Origin: a virus
Taxonomy: Duplodnaviria; Caudoviricetes
Direction: 5' to 3' (one strand)
Length of the DNA: 64,000 bases
Virus record (IMG/VR): IMGVR_UViG_3300048016_000072
Coordinates: 3,256 to 67,255 of that record
Positions within the stretch are counted from its first letter, which is position 1. Every line of letters begins with the position of its first letter. Under the pieces are notes generated by a model that worked only from the letters and a program-made list of their open reading frames with translations, made no database searches and was not told the DNA's origin. Positions 1 to 10,202 of the stretch are shown here, one piece after another. A program made the translations under genes and the position numbers.

Positions 1-291
1 AGACGCGCAAAAGAAAATATTGCTAGTATTACAGGAGCATTAGATACGGTACTTGCAATGCGCGGAGTATATTTTAACTACATTCAAGACGAAGCTAAAA
101 ATAAACGCGTAGGATTTATTGCTCAAGAACTAGAACAGGTATTGCCTGAAGCAGTTAGATACGCAGAAGAGATTGATGAATACAGCGTAGAATATGCCCA
201 AATCGTATCTGTTTTAGCAGAAGCTATAAAAGAGCAAAATGCAAAGATTACAAGACTAGAATCATTGGTAGAACAATTAACTAACAACTAA
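1..291 (+). CDS. C-terminal part of a tail fibre with peptidase S74 intramolecular chaperone domain (5'-truncated)
   Basis: Frame is open from base 1 (RRAKENIASITGALDTVLAMRGVYF...GFIAQELEQVLPEAV...YAQIVSVLAEAIKEQ), which is the S74 signature followed by a coiled coil. Confidence 0.85.
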   Translation, partial: RRAKENIASITGALDTVLAMRGVYFNYIQDEAKNKRVGFIAQELEQVLPEAVRYAEEIDEYSVEYAQIVSVLAEAIKEQNAKITRLESLVEQLTNN

Positions 292-295
292 ACAT

Positions 296-702
296 ATGGC
301 ATTTAAGATTAACACGCCTATAGGCACAAATGAGGGAATCGTTACTGGGGCGTATGTACGCATAAGTGGATATGATGTAAACAAAAACGGTAATGTAGTT
401 TTTATTATTGACATCTTTAAAGATAAAGATTCATCAATGCATGAAACTGCATATATCCTAATAAACTACAGTCAAAAGAGATTGGTATATCATTAGATCT
501 AAAGATGACTAATCGTATTGCTTATATAAAGACTATTACTAAGCAAGTTGATGGAGTTGATACAGAGATGGAAGAAACCTTCTATAAGAAAGTATCTGAC
601 TTGTCAGTATTTGAAACAAAGACTATCTTTGAAGTAGGATATGAAAAGCTTGGTGAAAAACTAGCATCTTTATACGGAGAAGAAAACATTGAAACAGTTT
701 AA
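296..702 (+). pseudogene. Frameshifted paralog of the 715..1146 protein (ORFs 296..496 and 505..702)
   Basis: The N-half (MAFKINTPIGT..AYVRIS) and C-half (DLS..FEVGYEKL..LYGEENI) align with the two halves of 715..1146. Removing one AT from ATATAT (451-456) restores a single frame. Confidence 0.7.
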
Positions 703-714
703 ACAAAACATATT

Positions 715-1146
715 ATGGCATTAAAAATCACTACCCAAATCGGGACAGACAAAGGCATCACATCAGAAGCTTATGTGCGTATCTCAAACTACCAACTATC
801 TAAGTTTGGTTCAGCTAACTTCCAAGTAGAAATCTTCCAATCAGAAGAAGATGCAACACCAGCAACTAATGGTATGCCAGGAATGCTTGCAGGACAAGCT
901 CGTAACCAACAGATTGGTGATACAATCTATGTTCAACTTACTAAGCAAGAAGAGCGTACAATGAGCTATCCAACAGTAGGTTTAGATGCTGATGGTAATC
1001 AACTACCTGATCGTGTTGAAACTATTACAGTTTCAGTACCAGACTTATCTTCTGCAGAAGGTGTTGATATCTTTGCATTTGGATACTCACACTTAAAGGC
1101 TAAGTTAGTTGGTTTATTTGGAGCAGAGAACGTAGTTGACTGCTAA
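715..1146 (+). CDS. Tail-fibre-associated hypothetical protein
   Basis: 143-aa ORF between fibre genes, paralogous to 296..702. Confidence 0.7.
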   Translation: MALKITTQIGTDKGITSEAYVRISNYQLSKFGSANFQVEIFQSEEDATPATNGMPGMLAGQARNQQIGDTIYVQLTKQEERTMSYPTVGLDADGNQLPDRVETITVSVPDLSSAEGVDIFAFGYSHLKAKLVGLFGAENVVDC

Positions 1147-1180
1147 TAAATAAGTATCTTATAGTATACCCTAGTTGATA

Positions 1181-2914
1181 ATGAATAAGCCGTTAAACCT
1201 AAAAGACTTTATAAAGAAAGATTGCAATGGTGATGTAGTATTACCAGGGAATCTTACTGTTACAAAGTTTATAAAAGCCCATACTCCATCTGTATTTGAT
1301 GACTCAAATACTGTTCCTACAACAGCTTGGGTTAGAGATGTATTATCAACATATAATGTTGGTACAGGAAGTAAGTGGTATACAGGTACAACGGCTCCAC
1401 AAGACTCATTTGGTTTGAACAACGACATGTACCTTATTACTATGTCAGGTACTTTCTATAGAAAAGAAAGTGACTCATGGGTAGTAAAGGGTACAATTGT
1501 CGGTGGTCAAGGTCCTGCAGGTAATACTGGTCCAGCTGGTCCGCAAGGATTAAAAGGAGATACAGGTTTAACTGGTCCTCAAGGACCTATTGGATTAACA
1601 GGTCCTGCTGGTCCAAAAGGTGATACTGGTGCAGCTAGTACAGTTCCAGGCCCTGTAGGTCCTCAAGGTTCACAAGGACTTAAAGGAGACAAAGGAGACC
1701 GCGGTAATACAGGTGCAACTGGTGCTACCGGTCCTCAAGGACTACAAGGTATCCCAGGATGTTCTGGTGCAGAAGGTGCTATAGGACCACAAGGTCCTGT
1801 TGGCCCTGTTGGACCACAAGGAGCTACAGGTTTGCAAGGACCAAAAGGAGACAAGGGTGATAAAGGGGAAACAGGTATACAAGGACTTGTGGGTCCAAGA
1901 GGTCCTCAAGGGGATAAAGGTAATGATGGTGCACAAGGTGTTCAAGGTATACAGGGTTCTATTGGTGCATCAGGTACTGGATTAACTTTACTCGGTACTG
2001 TTGCAGACGTTGCTTCTTTACCTACATCTGGTAACACACAAGGTGATGCATACATTGTTACGAGTCCTAATGGTGACTTATATGTATGGAGTGCATCTGC
2101 TGGTGTATGGGAAAACGTTGGTAACATTGTTGGACCGCAAGGACCACAAGGTATTCAAGGTGTTAAGGGAGATAAAGGAGATCAAGGTATTGCAGGTGTT
2201 AAAGGTGATACTGGAGCAAAAGGGGATAAAGGGGACACTGGTAATAACGGTGCTGCTGCAACTATTGCTCTTGGTACTGTAACAACTGGAGCTGCTGGTA
2301 CAGATGCTGCTATTACAAACTCTGGTACAACAGCTGCTGCTATATTCAACTTTACTATTCCAAGAGGAGCTAAAGGTGATATAGGAACAGCAGCTACTAT
2401 TAGTTTAGGTACTGTTACTACAGGTGCAGCTGGAAGTGCTGCAGCAATAACAAACAGTGGTACTAATGTAGCTGCAATATTTGATTTTACAATACCCCAA
2501 GGTATTAAAGGTGACAAAGGCGACAAAGGTGATGCTGGTACTGGTTTTGATGCTATTTTTCCAGCAACTAATAACGCTCTTGTTATATCAAACGGTACAG
2601 AAACAGCTGCATTTACAAACCCTAATATCTATGTTAGTGGTAACAACTTATATGCAGGAGCTTTCTATCAAACATCATCAAGAACAAAGAAGACAGATAT
2701 TAGTGACTTTACATCTTCTGCTTTAGATATTATCAACAAGACTAAGATTGTAAACTTTGTGTATAAAGCTGATCCTACAGTAAAACATATAGGATTTATA
2801 GCAGAAGATACTCCAGCAGAACTGGCAACAGTTAATCACGACACGATGGATATCCCATCAACTATTGCAATACTTTTAAAAGCAGTTCAGGAACTACAAG
2901 AAAAGCTTAAGTAA
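1181..2914 (+). CDS. Collagen-like tail fibre with C-terminal S74 chaperone
   Basis: Long G-X-Y tracts, two [21 protein letters not shown] repeats, and C-terminal [20 protein letters not shown] at 1181 preferred over TTG at 1175. Confidence 0.9.
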   Translation: MNKPLNLKDFIKKDCNGDVVLPGNLTVTKFIKAHTPSVFDDSNTVPTTAWVRDVLSTYNVGTGSKWYTGTTAPQDSFGLNNDMYLITMSGTFYRKESDSWVVKGTIVGGQGPAGNTGPAGPQGLKGDTGLTGPQGPIGLTGPAGPKGDTGAASTVPGPVGPQGSQGLKGDKGDRGNTGATGATGPQGLQGIPGCSGAEGAIGPQGPVGPVGPQGATGLQGPKGDKGDKGETGIQGLVGPRGPQGDKGNDGAQGVQGIQGSIGASGTGLTLLGTVADVASLPTSGNTQGDAYIVTSPNGDLYVWSASAGVWENVGNIVGPQGPQGIQGVKGDKGDQGIAGVKGDTGAKGDKGDTGNNGAAATIALGTVTTGAAGTDAAITNSGTTAAAIFNFTIPRGAKGDIGTAATISLGTVTTGAAGSAAAITNSGTNVAAIFDFTIPQGIKGDKGDKGDAGTGFDAIFPATNNALVISNGTETAAFTNPNIYVSGNNLYAGAFYQTSSRTKKTDISDFTSSALDIINKTKIVNFVYKADPTVKHIGFIAEDTPAELATVNHDTMDIPSTIAILLKAVQELQEKLK

Positions 2915-2917
2915 TAC

Positions 2918-5218
2918 ATGAAGGTTAATGACGCTCTTGTAACATTTGAAGAACTCAGCACAATGGGTTTTCCTGTAAAAGCAGGTACTAATCCTCCTAT
3001 AAATAACAAGTGTGTTACAAAGGGGGAGGTTAATACTTACTATACAGTTGATACAACAGTTAGTCCTTTCTCTACTTATACAGATAATAGATGTCCTAGA
3101 TTTCAAGATCTAGTTGCAATTGCATGTACTCCGTTTGTTCCTACAATGACACAGACTATTGTATCTCCAATAAATGGAGAAGCAATAACACCAGATTGTA
3201 CAGATGATTTTGTTTATAAGTTTCAGATTAGTGCTGGAGCCGGAACATGGAAACCTGGAGGAGTACCTAGATTTGTTAACTATATTCCTGCTGGTATTGA
3301 GATTACATCTTTTAGATATGTCTACTATGATGGTAAAGCTATTGGTCCTGGTGCTAATGATTGGCCTTTACCAACGTCTGATTATTATGATGTAGTTACA
3401 CTAACAAGTTCACATATTGATATTGCTTTATATAAACCAATTGGCGATGGTCATAACTATACAGTAGCTTTTAATGCTAGAGTAACAGGAGGTGGTGCAA
3501 CTTATACTAATACAGCTAGTTTTTTTGCATTAGGATGTGATGGTTTAGTTACTATTGAAGCAGCAAAAACATTTACTATAAGTCCAACAACTCTTGGTAT
3601 TAGCATTACAACAGATCAATCGACGATTGTTGACTGCACAACATTAAAGAGATATATTGTTAATGTTACAAACACTGGTTGTAAAGTTAGTGGTGGTACT
3701 TTAACTGTTGATTTACCAGCTGGTTTATACCTGGATGCATTCGAAAAGATTTTCTATGACGATCAACTATGCCCAGCACCTACCAGTGACTATTATACTT
3801 TAGATACATATCAACAGAATCAAAGTGGTGGTAATATCAGCATTACTTTAAAGAAACCAATTAGCTCTGGTTTTAATTACACATTGTTCTTTTATGCTTA
3901 TTCTGGTACAGCTGATCACACTGTATCTGCAGCAATTACTAGTGGTACGTTTACAGCAAGTACAACAAACACAAGTTCTTATACTACAATACCATCAGTA
4001 ACGTATTATGAGTTAATCGGTTGTAGTCCTTCTGATTATGCGTTTACAACGATTGTACCTCTTGGTATAAATAATAGATATGTGTTACCATCAAATGGTG
4101 CTTTCTATACTTATGCAGGTGGTACAGTAACTCAGTGTACAGTTCCTCCAGCTTATAATGGATCAATCCAACGCACAACCTCTTATAATTGTTGTGACGA
4201 TGTCCCTAACTGGCAGAATAATGGCACGTATGATTGCTATGGTACATGTGATAAGTATTATGTTCAGACAGATATAGCTGGTCCTTGTTCATCAACAAAC
4301 GGACAAACAAGACAAGGAGCTGTTTATCAATATAACTCAGCAGATTGTGGTGGATGTTGTGGACAATCAACTTCACAAGTAGCAGGACCTAATGCGATTG
4401 GTACATATCATACTTGTAGTAATGGTACAGTTAATCAAACTTCTGTATATCAAAATAGCAATACTTGTTATGGTGGACCATATATCTATTTATTAAACGG
4501 TACGTGGCTATCTTATAACCCATCTAACTCATACCCATCAACAACATCTAACTGTCAAGATACAGGATCAGCTTATTGCCAAGGATCAAACTGGGTTATT
4601 AATCAGTATCAAGCAAATAGTTGTTCATCAGCATCTTGTGGTGTTCGTGTTATTGAGTATAACTCTGTGGCTAACGGTTGTTATGATCCATGTGCTGGAA
4701 ACACTGCACCAATATTTACTTATCAGAATTATACAAGCTGTTACGAATGCTATAACGCTCCTGTTTATAAAGACACAAATAGCTGCTCATCAACAAATGG
4801 TCAATACTATGTTGAGAATCAAGCAGGGAATAAAGTTTATGTGGGAGGTCAACCAACAGGAGTTTCTTGTAACTATACATCTAACTGCCAGGATACTGGT
4901 TCTGCATACTGTCAAGGTCCTAATTGGGTGATTAATCAAGCTCAACAAAACCCTTGTTCTTCAACAAGTTGTGGTGTTAGAGTTATTGAATACAACTCAG
5001 TAAGCAATGGTTGCTATACTCCTCCACCTGCTTGTATATCATGGAGAATGGATAACTATAACGGATTTGGCTTAACTGATTACATTGAGTGGACTGATTG
5101 CAGTAACCATTTACAATCAGATGCTATATCAGATGGTTCATTCTTGACAATCTGTTTCAAAGAAGGAACAAGCGTATCATACAGTTACTCAACACCTAAT
5201 GAGCTGGGGCCTTGCTAG
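2918..5218 (+). CDS. Cys-rich repeat structural (fibre/decoration) protein
   Basis: 766 aa with two Ig-like repeats (PTSDYY..KPI..NYT) and a Cys-rich C-half containing a 47-aa duplication. Confidence 0.7.
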   Translation: MKVNDALVTFEELSTMGFPVKAGTNPPINNKCVTKGEVNTYYTVDTTVSPFSTYTDNRCPRFQDLVAIACTPFVPTMTQTIVSPINGEAITPDCTDDFVYKFQISAGAGTWKPGGVPRFVNYIPAGIEITSFRYVYYDGKAIGPGANDWPLPTSDYYDVVTLTSSHIDIALYKPIGDGHNYTVAFNARVTGGGATYTNTASFFALGCDGLVTIEAAKTFTISPTTLGISITTDQSTIVDCTTLKRYIVNVTNTGCKVSGGTLTVDLPAGLYLDAFEKIFYDDQLCPAPTSDYYTLDTYQQNQSGGNISITLKKPISSGFNYTLFFYAYSGTADHTVSAAITSGTFTASTTNTSSYTTIPSVTYYELIGCSPSDYAFTTIVPLGINNRYVLPSNGAFYTYAGGTVTQCTVPPAYNGSIQRTTSYNCCDDVPNWQNNGTYDCYGTCDKYYVQTDIAGPCSSTNGQTRQGAVYQYNSADCGGCCGQSTSQVAGPNAIGTYHTCSNGTVNQTSVYQNSNTCYGGPYIYLLNGTWLSYNPSNSYPSTTSNCQDTGSAYCQGSNWVINQYQANSCSSASCGVRVIEYNSVANGCYDPCAGNTAPIFTYQNYTSCYECYNAPVYKDTNSCSSTNGQYYVENQAGNKVYVGGQPTGVSCNYTSNCQDTGSAYCQGPNWVINQAQQNPCSSTSCGVRVIEYNSVSNGCYTPPPACISWRMDNYNGFGLTDYIEWTDCSNHLQSDAISDGSFLTICFKEGTSVSYSYSTPNELGPC
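4544..5017 (+). repeat. 47-codon intragenic duplication (4544-4684 and 4877-5017)
   Basis: TSNCQDTGSAYCQG[SP]NWVINQ..CSS.SCGVRVIEYNSV.NGCY occurs twice. Confidence 0.95.
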
Positions 5219-5233
5219 TCTGCCAGATTATAG

Positions 5234-5249
5234 GTATATTATAATGTAG
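5234..5249 (+). promoter_or_regulatory. Putative late-promoter motif GTATATTAT-N3-GTAG
   Basis: Same motif recurs upstream of several + strand structural genes. Confidence 0.55.
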
Positions 5250-5278
5250 TATATATTTACAAACCAAATACAACCATC

Positions 5279-5794
5279 ATGTCAAAAAACAATCTAGTTA
5301 CTACCCTAAGCATTGGGGAGATTTACTTACTTGAGTCAGAGATCAACGGACAAGTCGATCAACAGACTGGTGAGAAAGTTACAAAAGGAGTTCTTGGTCA
5401 TCCTTTATCAATGGTTCACCGTTATTGGTTAACTGATTTATCAGACACCATCGCTGCTCACAAAAAGACAGTTGATAAGTTACGTGAGGAGTTAATCACG
5501 AAGCTTGGTGAAGCTGATGATAAAGGTGGATACAACTTACCAATGACTATTCCAGTTCTTGACGAAGAAGGTCAACCAAAGTTAGGAGAAGACGGTAAAG
5601 AGTTAAAGCAGTTCAACCCTAAGTTTGTTGAGTTTAACGAAGATATGAACAAATTATTCGGTGAAACAAAAGATGTTTCTCACTATCCATTTACGATTGC
5701 CGCGTTTGATTTTAAAACAGACGAGTCCTACCCCGTGCTCTTCAAACTCTTGAAGACAAAAAAAGAGGAAAAGCCAACTGCATCAGTTGAGTAA
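5279..5794 (+). CDS. Hypothetical protein, DUF1617-like putative tail assembly chaperone
   Basis: Helical protein with YWL..L...LREELITKLG..FNEDMNKL pattern, located in the tail module. Confidence 0.55.
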   Translation: MSKNNLVTTLSIGEIYLLESEINGQVDQQTGEKVTKGVLGHPLSMVHRYWLTDLSDTIAAHKKTVDKLREELITKLGEADDKGGYNLPMTIPVLDEEGQPKLGEDGKELKQFNPKFVEFNEDMNKLFGETKDVSHYPFTIAAFDFKTDESYPVLFKLLKTKKEEKPTASVE

Positions 5795-5828
5795 TTCTAA
5801 CCCTTATTATTCCTCATATAGTATAAGT

Positions 5829-5866
5829 AAGCCATGAGTATATTATTCATGGCTTCTTTGTTTTTA
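5829..5866 (+). terminator. Intrinsic terminator
   Basis: AAGCCATGAG/TTCATGGCTT stem followed by a T-rich tract. Confidence 0.7.
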
Positions 5867-5889
5867 TTTGTAAAGTACCTCAGTTTTAA

Positions 5890-5905
5890 GTATATTATAG
5901 TGTAG
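5890..5905 (+). promoter_or_regulatory. Putative late-promoter motif GTATATTAT-AGT-GTAG
   Basis: Recurrent motif, just after a terminator and upstream of 5939. Confidence 0.55.
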
Positions 5906-5938
5906 ACTGAAGTAATCCAGACACTAATATTAAGCCCT

Positions 5939-7444
5939 ATGCTACCCACACGTTCTAATACAGCAGATCAAGGGTGCTCTCCAGTATCATCAAACTGCGT
6001 TATTTGGCAAGGTCCTGCCTTACCATGTTTAAGTTTATGCACAGGAGACACTGTATCATCTGTTATATACAAGCTTGCAGATTTTATCTGTAACTCAGGT
6101 AATCAAAACTTAGACGTTGACTTGTCTTGTTTAACAAGCGTTAACGTTACAGATAAATCAATCGAGAACATCTTAACTCTTTTGATTACAAAGACGTGTA
6201 CACTAGAAGATCTTATTAATGATATCGGTGCTGGACCTACTGTTGAAGATCCTCTCATTACTATTGCACAATGTTTCAGAACAACAGATAGTAATGGAGA
6301 TCCAATAACAACAAAACAGCATACTGAATATACACGTCTTATTGGGCTTAAGGTTTGTACTATTGATGGTACTGTTAGTGCACATACTTCAACTCTTAGT
6401 TCTTATGGTAATCGTATTACTGTATTAGAACAAGCAGTATTAGGAAACTCAGCTACAGAAGGTCAAGTTACTTTAACTTGTGGTGGTACAACTACTACAC
6501 AATCTATTAGTGATGCTTTATTAAATCTACAAGCTCAGGTTTGTGGTATTCGTACAGCATTAGGTACTAACTCAGCATTAACAAGTGCTGCTGGATTACA
6601 ACCAAGTTCATTAAGTACTTCTCCTGCATTATCTGTTACAGGTACTATGTCTGCTTTAACTGGTTGGAAACCAACAGTTAGTACAGTTGCAGATACTATC
6701 TCTAACTTATGGGTTACTCTTATTGACTTACGTACAGCATTCAATAACATAAAAGACTTAATCAAGCCAGATTGTGCAAACGTTATTGTTGACTTTGCTC
6801 CAGCAATGATTAACAATGGTACTGCGGTTAACTTGTTCTTTAGTGGTTACAGTTCTGTACCTACTGGATGGACTAACACAGATTCAAAAGGATCTAAGTT
6901 AACCATCACTGATGCTCTTGGTAACTCACACCCAATCTACGTTGACGTTATTGGTGTTGTTAACTCTGCTAACCCACTTGTGATTCAGTTATCTGGAACA
7001 CCATTGAACTTAGCTACTAAGTTAACATTTACACTTGCTTCATCATTGACAAACTCTGGTGTTCAGTGTAACAAGACTATTACAAAAGGATCTGATAGTG
7101 CTACAAACTCTTGCCCTACATTAACTGTAGTTCCAGGAGCAACAACAATGGCATTCTCGTTTGCTCCTCCTATTAACGACAACGCAGTATACAAGATCGA
7201 ATTGTTATCAAGTGGTGATGTTGTTCTTTCAACAAAGACCTTTAACAACCCACAAGCAATCGTATCTGATGTATTCACTAACTTGTTACAAGGAACTGCA
7301 TACAAAGTTAGAGCAACAACAACTATTGGTAGCCTAGCTCCTGTAGTTTGTCCATCTGCTCCATACACTACTTTAAACACTGACACTGGTTCTACAACTT
7401 GCGGATTACCTCCAACGATTGCAGGAACACCAACAGTATCTTAA
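5939..7444 (+). CDS. Structural fibre protein (Cys-rich N-terminus, coiled coil, C-terminal FN3-like domain)
   Basis: CSPVSSNCVIWQGP..C N-terminal motif and C-terminal FTNLLQGTAYKVR FN3-like strands. Confidence 0.7.
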   Translation: MLPTRSNTADQGCSPVSSNCVIWQGPALPCLSLCTGDTVSSVIYKLADFICNSGNQNLDVDLSCLTSVNVTDKSIENILTLLITKTCTLEDLINDIGAGPTVEDPLITIAQCFRTTDSNGDPITTKQHTEYTRLIGLKVCTIDGTVSAHTSTLSSYGNRITVLEQAVLGNSATEGQVTLTCGGTTTTQSISDALLNLQAQVCGIRTALGTNSALTSAAGLQPSSLSTSPALSVTGTMSALTGWKPTVSTVADTISNLWVTLIDLRTAFNNIKDLIKPDCANVIVDFAPAMINNGTAVNLFFSGYSSVPTGWTNTDSKGSKLTITDALGNSHPIYVDVIGVVNSANPLVIQLSGTPLNLATKLTFTLASSLTNSGVQCNKTITKGSDSATNSCPTLTVVPGATTMAFSFAPPINDNAVYKIELLSSGDVVLSTKTFNNPQAIVSDVFTNLLQGTAYKVRATTTIGSLAPVVCPSAPYTTLNTDTGSTTCGLPPTIAGTPTVS

Positions 7445-7456
7445 TACCACTAAACT

Positions 7457-7975
7457 ATGAGCTGCAGCGATTCATCTTTGCCTTTATCTAATTGCAACCC
7501 ATGCGCAGGTTGTCCTCCAGTACCAGCAATAACAACTGCTTGTGTTGATGGAGAACCATGCGAAGAGTTAGCATTACTTGGTTGTGTTAAATACTCAGGA
7601 GATAATATCTTAGAAGCAAAGATTACAAACGGAGAACGTTTAGATGAGATCTTGCAAAAGCTTATTGTTGGTATTACTGCTCCAGAGTGTATTAGCCCAA
7701 CCTTAAAGTGTGTAACTAAGTTACGCTCAACTGCAATTACAGCTAGTGCAATTACTGTTGCTTGGAATACAGCTGCTGATACTACTAGTTTAACATTACA
7801 ATACAAAACATCATCAGCTTCTGCATGGACTGATGTAGTTGTTACTGGATTATCAACAAAACAGATTACTGGATTAACAGCAGCTACAACTTATTACTTC
7901 AAAGTAGCTAGTGTTAGTGCTGGTGCTACAAACTGTTCTTCAGTAACTATTAGTGTAACAACAAAAGCTGCTTAA
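7457..7975 (+). CDS. Structural protein with Cys-rich head and fibronectin type III domain
   Basis: ITVAW..LQYK..W..ITGLTAATTYYFKV FN3 signature. Confidence 0.75.
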   Translation: MSCSDSSLPLSNCNPCAGCPPVPAITTACVDGEPCEELALLGCVKYSGDNILEAKITNGERLDEILQKLIVGITAPECISPTLKCVTKLRSTAITASAITVAWNTAADTTSLTLQYKTSSASAWTDVVVTGLSTKQITGLTAATTYYFKVASVSAGATNCSSVTISVTTKAA

Positions 7976-7977
7976 CA

Positions 7978-8241
7978 ATGGCTAACGGATTCTTGACTAT
8001 ATCATTAACTACGTCACCTTCTAACTTTTCAGGAGGTTTGCGTATACGGTATAGAAAAGAAGGAACAACTTCTTATACAGAATATATCCATACTGGTGCA
8101 GGAAACGTTATTACAATCCCTATAAACGATAACACAGTTTTATATGAGGGTACTGTTGAAGGCATCTGTGTTACTAATGGTGTAACAACTTATACAAACC
8201 CAACTCCTTTTAGTTCAATTTCAGCTGGTAATACTTACTAA
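7978..8241 (+). CDS. Small FN3/Ig-like structural protein
   Basis: RIRYRKEGTTSY..YEGTVEGIC, paralogous to the N-termini of the next two ORFs. Confidence 0.65.
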   Translation: MANGFLTISLTTSPSNFSGGLRIRYRKEGTTSYTEYIHTGAGNVITIPINDNTVLYEGTVEGICVTNGVTTYTNPTPFSSISAGNTY

Positions 8242-9233
8242 TGGCAACATTAACAGTCAACTTTATTATTAACGGTACTGTACCAGTGCTAGGATATAAG
8301 GTAGCTTATAAGAAGACTACAGATTCTTCTTATAGTTTCTTACCTGCAAATATCTTTACTAGTCCAGCTATTATTACTGGTGTTGATCCAACAGCTCAAT
8401 ATGAAGGTTATATACAAGTTGAGTGTGCGGGTGTTACTGGAGCAAAGACTAACTTTACAACTGCAGGACAAATAACTCCTCCAGGACCAACTGTTCCAGG
8501 ATATACATTGACATTAACTGATGGTAATGGTTATCCTATTACAACTGCAAACGAAGGTTCTGTTATTTTAGCAAAACTAGTTACAGAAAATATAAGTTAC
8601 GGTACTCAGATACCTTATACAGTAACTGGATTACAACTTGCAGATTTAGGACCAGGTTCTGCTCCACTAGCAGGTAACTTTGTTATTGAGAACACAGGAC
8701 ATAGTGATACAAAGTCTTTTGCTATTGCGGCTGACTTAACAACAGAAGGAACAGAGACGTTTACAATTACTCTTGATGGATTAACTGTAAGCAAGTCTTG
8801 TACTATTGTTGATACATCTATCTCAGGCGGTAGTCAACCTACTCCTGTACCTACATGTATTCTTGTTGAAGACGGATGGTTAAGTGATAGTCAACAAGAA
8901 TGTACTGGAACTAATCCAGCAACATCTTATAATAGAATAGTTAACAGAGTACGTGTTACTATAAAAGATCAAAACGGATTAAACACCACAAGAACATCAT
9001 CAACAGATGTAGTACTACGATTTACGTATAACCAGTGTTGGGGTGGTGTTGATCCTGTATATACTCAAACGATTACTATTCCAGCTGGACAACCAACTGC
9101 TTATTTAGACTATTGGAAATATGATGTTGTTGACTGTGGTCAAGCAAACTGTGTTCCAGAAGATATTAACTTTAACTGTGCGGTTAGTAATACTGCAGGT
9201 TTAGTATTCTGCCCTACAACTCCTACTTGTTAA
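8241..9233 (+). CDS. Structural protein, FN3-like plus Calx-beta-like domain
   Basis: YKVAYKK..YEGYIQVEC and NEG..IPYTVTG..ADL..AADLTTEGTETFTITL. Confidence 0.7.
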   Translation: MATLTVNFIINGTVPVLGYKVAYKKTTDSSYSFLPANIFTSPAIITGVDPTAQYEGYIQVECAGVTGAKTNFTTAGQITPPGPTVPGYTLTLTDGNGYPITTANEGSVILAKLVTENISYGTQIPYTVTGLQLADLGPGSAPLAGNFVIENTGHSDTKSFAIAADLTTEGTETFTITLDGLTVSKSCTIVDTSISGGSQPTPVPTCILVEDGWLSDSQQECTGTNPATSYNRIVNRVRVTIKDQNGLNTTRTSSTDVVLRFTYNQCWGGVDPVYTQTITIPAGQPTAYLDYWKYDVVDCGQANCVPEDINFNCAVSNTAGLVFCPTTPTC

Positions 9234-9235
9234 TT

Positions 9236-10198
9236 ATGGCTTGCCCTGTTACTAGAACTATAACGATTAACTTTAACCCATCTACTCCTGCTCCTGCAAA
9301 CGGATACAGAGTACGTTGGAGAAACGTTGGTAGTGCAAACTATATTATTGCTGGTAACTTTACTAGTTCACCAGTAGTGTTACCAAACATCCCAATGTGT
9401 GTTGCAGTTGAAGGTACTATAGAGAACAGTTGTGGCAATAATGATTATAGTTCTTCGACTCTATGGTCAGTGCCTGCACTAGCATCAACAAAATGTGCAA
9501 ACATACTTGTTAGAAGTAAGTTATCTCCTAGCTTTTATATCTACCCAAAAGAACTTATTGATGTTGACAACTCATCATCAACAAATATATCTTTAAACTA
9601 TATAGCAAACGATACGCCAAATAGATTTACTGTATATAACTCAGATAATAATATAGTTGCTAACTCAAACTGGGTTGGTGTTGCAGATTACGCTGGTCCT
9701 TGGGGATCTTCTTTGAATACAGACATCTCAGGAACATTAACGTTTCCAAAAGCATCTGGAGATGGTCGCTTCTTTTATCTTATTGTTGAGCATGCCGGTC
9801 ATGCAACAATAACAGATAGTTGGCAAGTAACATTAGGATGTGCAGTTGGTGGTGGTACACTAACTCCAACTTACGATCTTAAAGCTTATATCTACGGTAC
9901 ACAAACAAACGTAGGAGCTGAAGGTCAAACTATTACTGTTGTATTAACAACAACAAACGTATCTAACGGAACAAACATTAACTATGAGGTGACTGGTATT
10001 CAGTCTGCTGACTTATCAGTTGGTTCTGCAGGATTAACAGGAACATTTACAGTTAATAATGGTACAGCTTCAAAGGTCTTTACATTCGTAAACGATGTAA
10101 CAACAGAAGGAGTCGAAAACTTTTTATTGACATTAACATCACCAGGGATAACAAAGAGTATAACTCTTCCTATATCGGATACATCACCTGGTTTATAA
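9236..10198 (+). CDS. Structural protein, FN3-like plus Calx-beta-like domain
   Basis: YRVRWR..VEGTIENSC and AEG..INYEVTGIQSADL..NDVTTEGVENFLLTL. ATG at 9236 (MACP). Confidence 0.7.
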   Translation: MACPVTRTITINFNPSTPAPANGYRVRWRNVGSANYIIAGNFTSSPVVLPNIPMCVAVEGTIENSCGNNDYSSSTLWSVPALASTKCANILVRSKLSPSFYIYPKELIDVDNSSSTNISLNYIANDTPNRFTVYNSDNNIVANSNWVGVADYAGPWGSSLNTDISGTLTFPKASGDGRFFYLIVEHAGHATITDSWQVTLGCAVGGGTLTPTYDLKAYIYGTQTNVGAEGQTITVVLTTTNVSNGTNINYEVTGIQSADLSVGSAGLTGTFTVNNGTASKVFTFVNDVTTEGVENFLLTLTSPGITKSITLPISDTSPGL

Positions 10199-10202
10199 GA
10201 CA

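Noticed and set aside
1500-2540. CRISPR array or DNA tandem repeat
   Set aside because: The periodicity comes from collagen G-X-Y codons, with no repeat-spacer structure
4544-5017. Diversity-generating retroelement TR/VR pair
   Set aside because: Differences are synonymous and not adenine-specific, both copies are in frame in one gene, and no reverse transcriptase is present in the window
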